Shown in pieces: positions 55,843-63,950 of a DNA stretch of 64,000 nt. Every line of letters starts with the position of its first letter. Within the stretch, counting starts at the first letter, position 1. Source of the stretch: Octopus sinensis (taxonomy: Eukaryota); assembly GCF_006345805.1 (NCBI RefSeq), contig NW_021832404.1:22667-86666 (forward strand). The letters run 5' to 3'. The notes beneath the pieces are model-generated. The model did not search any database. It saw only the letters and a program-made list of their open reading frames with translations, and was not told the DNA's origin. The position numbers were made by a program, and so were the translations under genes.

Positions 55843-56211
55843 TTATAAAAGCTATAAATAGAAGCTATAAATAGAAGCTATAACTAGAAGCTATAAATAG
55901 AAGCTATAAATAGAAGCTATAACTAGAAGCTATAAATAGAAGCTATAAATAGAATCTATAAATAGAATCTATAAATAGAATCTATAAATAGAATCTATAA
56001 ATAGAATCTACAAATAAATAAATAAATAAATAAATAAATAAATACATAAATAAATAGAATCTATAAATAGAATCTATAAATAGAAGCTAAAAATAGAATC
56101 TATAAATAGAATCTATAAATAGAATCTATTAATAGAAGCTATAAATAGAAGCTATAAATAGAAGCTATAAATAGAAGCTATATATAGAAGCTATAAATAG
56201 AAGCTATAAAT
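55843..56211 (+). repeat. 13-bp tandem array (KCTATAAATAGAA)n with an internal (AAAT)n stretch
   Basis: Repeated gctataaatagaa/tctataaatagaa; interrupts the 58-bp satellite. Confidence 0.95.
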
Positions 56212-56460
56212 ATTGAACATTCAATAGAGGGGGATTTGAAGGTGAAGGGGAAGAATGGGAAGAAGGAATATTGAAAATTAAATAGAGTGGGATTTGAAGG
56301 TGAAGGGGAGGAATGGGTAGAAGGAATATTGAACATTCTAGAGAGGGAGATTTGGAGGTGAAGGGGAGGAATGGGAAGAAGGAATATTGAACATTCCATA
56401 GAGGGGGATTTGAAGATAAAGGGGAGGAATGGGAACAAGGAATATTTAACATTCCAGAGA
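56209..56460 (+). repeat. Terminal ~4.5 units of the 58-bp satellite
   Basis: aatattgaacat...gggatttgaaggtgaagggg units resume after the 13-bp array. Confidence 0.95.
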
Positions 56461-56541
56461 GTTCAGACATGCTCAAACCAGTTAAAACCGGTTCAAACTG
56501 GTTCAAAATGTTCAAACCGGTTGAAACCGGAACAAACCAGT

Positions 56542-56602
56542 TCAAACACTTTCATCAAACACTTTCATCAAACATTTTTCATCAGACATTTTCATCAAAC
56601 AT
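56542..56602 (+). repeat. 13-bp tandem array (AACAYTTTCATCA)n, block 1
   Basis: aaacactttcatc / aacatttttcatc / gacattttcatc units. Confidence 0.9.
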
Positions 56603-56750
56603 TAAACCGGTTCAAACCGGCTCAAACCGGATCAACCACATCAAACAAGTTCAAACCGGATCTAACCAATTCAAAACGGTTCAAACTGGTTCAAACCGGT
56701 TCAAACCGGTTCGAACCGGTTCAAACCGGTTCAAACCGGATCAAACCAGT

Positions 56751-56880
56751 TCAAACACTTTCATGAAACGTTTTTCATTAGACATTTTCATCAAACATTT
56801 TTCATCAGACATTTTCATCAGACATTTTCATCAAAAATTTTCATCAAACATTTTCATCAAACATTTTCATCAGACATTTT
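56751..56880 (+). repeat. 13-bp tandem array (RACATTTTCATCA)n, block 2, about 10 units
   Basis: Direct reading of units. Confidence 0.92.
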
Positions 56881-57032
56881 GATCCTGTTTGAACCGGTTT
56901 TATTCGATTTGTACCGGTTTGGTCCGGTTTAAACCGTATCAAACCAGTTCAAATTGGTTCAAACCGGTTCAAACCGGATCAAACCAGTTCAAACCGGTTC
57001 AAACTGGTTCAAACCGGTTCAAACTGGTTCAA

Positions 57033-57156
57033 ATCTATAAATAGTATCTATAAATAGAATCTATAAATAGAATCTATAAGTAGAATCTATAAATAGTATC
57101 TATAAATAGAATCTATAAATAGAATCTATAAATAAATAAATAAATAAATAAATAAA
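57033..57156 (+). repeat. 13-bp (TCTATAAATAGAA)n followed by (AAAT)n
   Basis: Direct reading of units. Confidence 0.93.
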
Positions 57157-57345
57157 ATATATATGCAAATTATAAATAGGCAATTATGTATATATATATG
57201 CAAATTATGTATATATATATATATGCAAATTATGTATATATATATGCAAATTATGTATATATATATGAAAATTATGTATATAAATATATGCAAATTATGT
57301 ATATATATATGTAAATTATGTATATATATATGCAAATTATGCATA
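57157..57345 (+). repeat. ~21-25-bp array (TA)n-TGCAAATTATG containing ATGCAAAT
   Basis: Six perfect ATGCAAAT (57163, 57198, 57223, 57244, 57288, 57330) plus ATGAAAAT and ATGTAAAT variants, separated by variable (TA)n. Confidence 0.9.
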
Positions 57346-58530
57346 TAGAATCTATAAATAGAATCTATCAATAGAATCTATAAATAGAATCTATAAATAG
57401 AATAAATAAATAAATAAATAAATAAATAGTATCTATAAATAGAATCTATAAATAGAATCTATAAATAGAATCTACAAATAGAATCTATAAATAGAATCTA
57501 TAAATAGAATCTATAAATAGAATCTATAAATAAATAAATAAATAAATAAATACAATCTATAAATAGAATCTATAAATAAATAAATAAATAAATAAATAAA
57601 TACTATCTATAAAAATAATCTATAAATAGAATCTATAAATAGAATCTATAAATAGAATCTATAAATAAATAAATAAATAAATAGAATCTATAAATAGAAT
57701 CTATAAATAGAATAAATAAATAAATAAATAAATAAATAGAATCTATAAATAGAATCTATAAATAGAATCTATAAATAGAATCTATAACTAGAATCTATAA
57801 ATAGAATCTATAAATAGAATCTATAAATAGAATCTATAAATAAATAAATAAATAAATGAATAAATAAATACATAAATAAATAAATAGAATCTATAAATAG
57901 AATCTATAAATAGAATCTATAAATAGAATCTATAAATAAATAAATAAATAAATGAATAAATAAATACATAAATAAATAAATAGAATCTATAAATAGAATC
58001 TATAAATAGAATCTATAAATAGAATAAATAAATAAATAAATAAATAGAATCTATAAATAGAATCTGTAAATAGAATCTATAAATAGAATCTATAAATAAA
58101 TACATAAATAAATAAATAGAATCTATAAATAGAATCTATAAATAAATAAATAAATAAATGAATAAATAAATACAGAAATAAATAAATAGAATCTATAAAT
58201 AGAATCTATAAATAGAATCTATAAATAGAATCTATAAATAAATAAATAAATAAATGAATAAATAAATACATAAATAAATAAATAGAATCTATAAATAGAA
58301 TCTATAAATAGAATAAATAAATAAATAAATAAATAAATAAATAGAATCTATAAATAGAATCTATAAATAGAATCTATAAATAGAATTTATAAATAGAATC
58401 TATAAATAAATACATAAATAAATAAATAGAATCTATAAATAGAATCTATTAATAGAATCTATAAATAAATAAAAATAAATAAATATATAGTATCTATAAA
58501 TAGAATCTATAAATAGTATCTATAAATAGA
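57346..58530 (+). repeat. Compound array of 13-bp TCTATAAATAGAA blocks alternating with (AAAT)n
   Basis: Direct reading; recurring higher-order block marked by aaatgaataaataaatacataaat. Confidence 0.95.
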
Positions 58531-58696
58531 TGTCAGGAATGTCAGGAATGTCTGGAATGTCAGGAATGTCAGGATTACCGGAATATCTGGAATGTCAGTA
58601 ATATCTGGAATGTCTGGAATGTCTGGAATGTCAGGAATGTCTGGAATGTCTGGAATGTCTGGAATGTCAAGAATGTTTGGAATGTGAGGAATGTCA
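58530..58696 (-). repeat. 9-bp array in inverted orientation (WGGAATGTC)n
   Basis: Reverse complement of the left-flank 9-bp array, including the cacatt..aaacattcttgac variant next to the junction. Confidence 0.95.
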
Positions 58697-60535
58697 GAGA
58701 TCAGAGGTGCCGACAGAGACACCATCTTTGATCATTTTCGGTACTCCTCTTTGATCTCTGTCGGCCCTTCTTTGATCCCTGTCGGCCCTTCTTTGATCTC
58801 TTTCGGCACCCTCTTTCATCTCTGTCGGCACATTCTCTGATCTCTTTCGGTAGTCCTCTTTGATCTCTTTCGGTACCTTCTTTGATCTCTGTCGGTACCC
58901 TCTTTGATCTCTTTCGGTACTCCTGTTTGATCCATTTCGGTACTCCTCTTTGATCACTTTCGGTACCTTCTTTGATCTCTGTGGGCACCCTCTTTGATCT
59001 CTGTCGGCACCTTCTTTGATCTCTGTCGGTACTCCTCTTTGATCTCTGTCGGCACCCTGTTTGATCTCTGTCGGTACCCTCTTTGATCTTTTTCGGTACT
59101 CCTCTTTGATCTCTGTCGGCAACCTCTTTGATCTCTGTCGGCACCCTCTTTGATCTCTTTCGGCACCCTCTTTGATATCTGTCGGCACCCTTTTTGATCT
59201 CTTTCGACACCCTTTTTGATCTCTGTAGGTCCTTCTTTGATCTCTTTCGGCACCCTCTTTGATCTCTGATAGAAAGAGATCAAAGAGGGTGCCGACAGAG
59301 ACCAAAGAGGAGTACCGAAAAATATATCTTTCGGTACTCCTCTTTCATCTCTGTCAGCACTATCTTTGATCTTTTTCGGTACTGCTCTTTGATCTCTGTC
59401 GGCACCCTCTTTGATCTTTTTCGGTACTCCTCTTTGATCTCTGTCGGCCCTTCTTTGATATCTTTCGGCACCCTCTTTGATCTCTGTCGGCACCCTCTTT
59501 GATATCTGTCGGCACCTTCTTCGATCTTTTTCGGTACTCCTCTTTCATCTCTTTCGGCACCCTCTTTGATCTATGTCGTCACACTCATTGATCTTTTTCG
59601 GTACTCCTCTTTGGTCTCTGTCGGCAACCTCTTTGATCTTTGTCGGCACCCTCTTTGATCTCTTTCGGCATCCTCTTTGATCCCTTTAGGTGCTCCTCTT
59701 TGATCTCTGTCGGCACCTTCTTTGATCTCTTTAGGTTCTCCTCTTTGATCTCTGTCGGTACTCCTCTTTGATCTATGTCGGCACTCTCTTTGATCTCTTT
59801 CGGTACTCCTCTTTGATCTCTGTCTGCACCCTCTTTGATCTCTTTCGATACTCCTCTTTGATCTCTGTCGGCACCCTGTTTGATCTCTTCCGACACTCTC
59901 TTTGATATCTCTCGGCACCCTCTTTGATCTCTGTTTGTCCCCTTTTTGATGTCTTTCGACTCCCTTTTTGTTCTCTGTCGGCACCCTCTTTGATGTCTTT
60001 CGACACCCTCTTTGATCTCTTTCGGCACCCTCTTTGATCTCTGTCGGTACTACCTTTGATCTCTTTAGGCACCCTCTTTGATGTCTGTCGGCACTCTCTT
60101 TGATATCTTTCGGGACTCTTCTCTGATCTCTTTCGGCACAATTTTTTATCTCTTTCGGCACCCTATTTGATCTCTTTCGGTGCCCTATTTCATCTCTGTC
60201 GGGACCCTTTTTGATCTCTTTCGGCACCCTCTTTGATCTTTTTCGGCACCCTCTTTTATCTCGGTCGGCACCCACTTTGATCTCTTTCGGTACTCCTCTT
60301 TGATATCTGTCGGCACCCTCTTTGATCTCTGTCGGCACCCTCTCTGATCTCTTTCGGCACCCTCTTTTATGTCTTTCTGTACTCCTCTTTGACCTCTTTC
60401 GGTACGCTCTTTGATGTCTGTCGGCACCCTTTTTGATCTCTTTCGGCACCCTGTTTAATGTCTTTCGGCGCACTCTTTGATCTCTTTCGGGACTCCTCAT
60501 TGATCTCTCTCGGGACTCTTTCATCTCTTTCGGCG
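58697..60535 (-). repeat. 22/24-bp array in inverted orientation (CTCTTTGATCTCTGTCGGCACC)n, about 80 units, with a micro-inversion at ~59272-59322
   Basis: Reverse complement of 117-512; units become more degenerate towards 60535. Confidence 0.95.
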
Positions 60536-61112
60536 TTTCATTCATTTCGTTTTCTAGCATATCACTCGCCTGCATGACGCTGGGTTTTCCGCTGCTCCGC
60601 TGCTGCATTAACTTTCGGGTAGTGCTCCATGATCTCTGGGCATCTGCAAACGAAACGTATTCCTCTTCCACAATTACCTCGTCGTCTTCACTTTCCACCG
60701 GCTCTTCGTTTTGCCTTACCTCCTTTGCTATTTCTTCTAGAGTGAAACATGTTGGACAATACAAGTGGCGGTAACTTGTATCAGATATTACTAATGATAC
60801 GAGGGGCCCGACAATAACATTTTTCGCAGCATCGATAATCTCCTTCTTTTCCTTCAGCGTAAACTCAGTTCGCTTGCGTTTCTGAGCTGACACTGTGCTA
60901 CTTTCTGAACTTTTCAGATACGAAATGTACAAAATGTAGGAGTACAAAATTTCGAAAAGTTGCTTGCGCTAATTTTACAAGTGGCATAGTAGCGTGAGTT
61001 GAGGGTGGCATAGTAAAATATTTTTGTTTATTATTTGGCCGGGATCGCGCAAAACTGGCATTGTAGTGAGAGTGGCATAGTAGCGAGGTAGCATAGTAGC
61101 GAGAGTTCACTG
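60536..61112 (-). mobile_element. Left end of a pogo/Tigger-like (Tc1/mariner superfamily) DNA transposon, internally deleted
   Basis: Minus strand reads TA|CAGTGAACTCTCGCTACTATGC from 61114/61112, i.e. a TA target plus a CAGT-type TIR. About five subterminal GCATAGTAG-like direct repeats lie at 60981-61103, followed by a transposase-like remnant. Family assigned from recalled features, not a database search. Confidence 0.75.
60538..60881 (-). pseudogene. Deleted Tigger/CENP-B-like transposase remnant (N-terminal HTH start joined to the acidic C-terminal tail; no DDE domain)
   Basis: KRKRTEFTLKEKKEIIDAAKN (60881-60819) resembles the CENP-B-type HTH N-terminus of pogo/TIGD proteins. TLEEIAKEVRQNEEPVESEDDEVIVEEEYVSFADAQRSW resembles their acidic C-terminal region. 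Only ~20 codons separate the two, so the catalytic core is missing. Confidence 0.7.
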
Positions 61113-61144
<32 letters not shown>

Positions 61145-61169
61145 ATATATATATATTTATATAGTGGCG

Positions 61170-61207
<38 letters not shown>

Positions 61208-61245
61208 ATATATATATATATATAATATATATATATATATATACA

Positions 61246-61304
<59 letters not shown>

Positions 61305-61313
61305 TATATATAT

Positions 61314-61381
<68 letters not shown>
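61113..61381. repeat. (TA)n microsatellite with (TC)n and (TACA)n interruptions
   Basis: Direct reading; the transposon end abuts this TA tract. Confidence 0.97.
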
Positions 61382-61944
61382 CAGGTTGTTTGTTATGACA
61401 GGTCATATATCTAGCATTTTTGATCAAACTATTTAATTTCACGTTGCTCCAGTCCATTCAAATGGCAAAATTAAGTAAGTCTGCGACGGACTAGTGTCCT
61501 CTCCACTGGTGGTAGACACTATTTACGTCACAGAATCCGGGAAACCGGCCTCATGAGTCTACGACACGGGAAAAACTTTTTTTGAAATCATCAGCTTCAC
61601 GAGCCTGGATTTAACAGATTTCGTATTTAACAGTGATCAGTTTAAACTCTATTTATTCCTCAGTGTAATACGCGTACCTCTGATCACGTGGTTACAACTG
61701 TTTTGGGTGGCGGTTTGTTTGTTACATTTTCCCGTGCAAAGAGAAAAACAAAAATCATTTTCAAAGAGATCAGGAAGTCACTGAAGAATTTTTTGATTTT
61801 TGGCTGGCATGGGTGGTTAAGAAATAGGATTGGTTGTCACAGCTGGTGGTGGCTTTCGAGTTAATTGATTTTTTAAATGTGTGTGTCTAAGAATGTTGTG
61901 TGATGAGACTAAATATTGTTTATTGTTTGTCTGTGCAAGAGGTG

Positions 61945-62105
61945 AGGAGAGAGAGAGAATGAGAAGGAGGGAGAGAGGGAATTCAGAGAAAGAAAGGGAG
62001 AAAGAGAGAAGAGAGAGAAAAAGAGGGAGAGAGAGAGAAGAGAGAGAGAGGAAGAAAGGGAGAGAGAAAAGAGAGTGAAAGAGAGGGAGAGAAAGAGGAG
62101 GGAAT
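61945..62105 (+). repeat. GA-rich low-complexity tract
   Basis: Degenerate (GA)n/(GAGG)n. Confidence 0.9.
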
Positions 62106-62188
62106 GGGTTACCGGCTATAGGACAATTGTATTTTATAAGGAAAGAATTTGATTTTAGAAAGAGAAATCCTCTACAAGGAAAGGATAA

Positions 62189-62440
62189 GGAAACAGAAGT
62201 GTTTATATAAATGAATAAATAAATATATAGAGAGATGTTTGTGTTCGTCCCACACCACTAGGTTATGTGTTTACACCTCCGTAACTTAGCGGTTCGGCAA
62301 AGGGACCGATAGAATAAGTACCAGGCTTAAAAAATAAGTTCTGGGGTCGATTCGTTGGTCTAAAATCCTTCAAGTCTGTGCCCCAGCATGACGGCAGTGC
62401 AATGACTGAAACAAGTAAAATTTAAGAGAAAATATAAAAG
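62189..62440 (+). mobile_element. SINE 3' portion resembling the abundant octopus tRNA-derived SINE family
   Basis: Contains gtgtttac..ccgtaacttagcggttcggcaaa..gaccgatagaataagtaccaggctt..ctggggtcgatt..ccagcatg..gcagt..aatgactgaaacaagtaaaa and an A-rich tail, matching my recollection of the octopus SINE consensus (not database-checked). Confidence 0.75.
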
Positions 62441-63073
62441 ATATGTTTAAAACCCCTATACACTAATCAAATTGCTTACAGAACTATGAACACCCGGAGA
62501 GAAACGTGTAAGCACAAAACCAAACTTTCCGCCTCTCTACATTATTTTGTGAAAAACAGTTGAGACACCGAATTGATAAAGGCTTAAATGCTGGACTTTG
62601 TACTTTTGACCATTATACTGTCAAAGCAAAGAGATTAAATCCAATAATACCAAAAGCAACGAAAATCCTATCACATTTTTGTGCCCACCTAACAAAAGAG
62701 AAACACATAAAGACTCGTTTACAACGTTCTATATGCGTGAATAAATTCTAAACAACACCATAACCCCAAGTTTAATAAATTAACATTTTTTTCAGAACAC
62801 CTTTCCATAACGACCGACCACAAAACTTAATTACCACTCCACTCAAACCCACACACCCAAAAGGGGATTTTAACTCAACCGAGACGAAATAAAGGCAAGA
62901 CTAACTCTAATACACCGCAGTTCGACACTGGCTTAGCTGGTCGAAACTTCGAAGTCACTATCAAGGAATTCTTGCATAAAAATAATAAATTTGTCCTCTA
63001 CAATAGTATTGAGCAATTCATCAGATTAATGTAGAATTGTTTTGATTATAACTGAACGTAAATATAAACAATA

Positions 63074-63160
<87 letters not shown>

Positions 63161-63198
63161 ATCTATCTATCTATCTATCTATATATATATATTATATA
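63074..63198. repeat. (TATC)n tetranucleotide microsatellite followed by short (TA)n
   Basis: About 27 TATC units. Confidence 0.97.
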
Positions 63199-63235
63199 CA
63201 TGTGGTTGGGAAGCAAGCTTCTTAACACACAGTCA

Positions 63236-63236
<1 letters not shown>
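63199..63236 (-). mobile_element. Short SINE 5'-head fragment
   Basis: Minus strand agtgactgtgtgttaagaagcttgcttcccaaccacatg resembles the tRNA-like head of the same SINE family as recalled. Confidence 0.5.

Positions 63237-63237
<1 letters not shown>

Positions 63238-63291
<54 letters not shown>
63238..63291. repeat. (TA)n microsatellite
   Basis: Direct reading. Confidence 0.97.
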
Positions 63292-63293
<2 letters not shown>

Positions 63294-63492
63294 ACAATTG
63301 AGGGTAAAATTAATTAATTAATCAATTTCACCAAGTGTTCAGTATGTAAAAGGACCATTTAAGGCGAATTCAAAATATTACATTATATAAGAGAAATTTT
63401 CTTTAAGTAGTAGAAATGCTAAGAAAATTTTTTTGGCTGCTATTTCTACTAAGTTCAGTATGTGGCAAAGTAATATATTTTACTAAGCCCTA

Positions 63493-63499
63493 ATATATA

Positions 63500-63583
<84 letters not shown>
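63493..63583. repeat. (TA)n microsatellite
   Basis: Direct reading. Confidence 0.97.
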
Positions 63584-63586
<3 letters not shown>

Positions 63587-63630
63587 AAATGTGCATATAA
63601 TTTTCGTCGAAGGACTGTTTTATAGATATA

Positions 63631-63666
63631 GACTAGCTTAAGGTGACCCGCTCTACGCACGGGTAA
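63631..63666 (+). mobile_element. Possible Helitron/Helentron (HINE-type) terminus
   Basis: ACTAGC followed by an ACCCG-N9-CGGGT hairpin, an arrangement common at ends of non-autonomous helitron-like elements in invertebrates; followed by CT-rich low complexity. The other end is not visible. Confidence 0.35.
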
Positions 63667-63679
63667 GAGTGTGGTTGTT

Positions 63680-63950
63680 ACTTTCTGTTGCTTCCTTTCT
63701 GTTTTTTATCACCACATTCTCCCTCTTTGTTTCTCTCTCCTTTCTCTCTCACTTTCCCACTTCTCTTACTCTTCATTTCTCTCGGACTTTCCCTCGCTTT
63801 CTCTTAATCTCTATCTTTCTCTATCTCTCTCTTCCATTTATAAACAACAAAGTTGAGAAAGAAAATATTTTTACGCTTTTTAAACCCTTCGTCGTTATTC
63901 TCATTCACTCATTATTACTTTCTCCCTTCCTTTCATTTCTCTCTATAACG
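63680..63950 (+). repeat. CT-rich low-complexity tract
   Basis: Degenerate (CT)n/(CTTT)n. Confidence 0.8.

Larger units (their letters stand above)
56473..57033 (-). repeat. 10-bp array (TCAAACCGGT)n, inverted relative to the left-flank copies, in three blocks (~56473-56547, 56604-56756, 56881-57033)
   Basis: Reverse complement of CCGGTTTGAW; a short oppositely oriented block at 56881-56930 flips at ccggtttaaaccg. Confidence 0.92.

Noticed and set aside
1-58696. Telomeric repeat or human Satellite II/III contamination (GGAAT/CATTCC words)
   Set aside because: There is no TTAGGG array, the unit lengths (9 and 58 bp) and sequence differ from (GGAAT)n satellites, and the flanking SINE is non-mammalian.
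60538-60947. Functional TIGD/CENP-B gene
   Set aside because: The second HTH and the DDE domain are absent, and an intact TIR is adjacent, which fits a deleted transposon rather than a domesticated gene.
60898-62078. Short ORFs at 60898-61254, 61191-61457 and 61881-62078
   Set aside because: They are translations of (TA)n and (GA)n microsatellites and of the transposon terminus.
62440-63065. A/C-rich segment with a 63-aa ORF (62560-62751), possibly a decayed retroelement (LINE/Penelope) 3' fragment
   Set aside because: No recognisable RT or endonuclease motif; cannot be supported without a database search.
63230-63240. cactg|ta next to (TA)n as a second pogo TIR
   Set aside because: Only 5 bp match, same orientation as the 61112 terminus, and better explained as part of a SINE head fragment.
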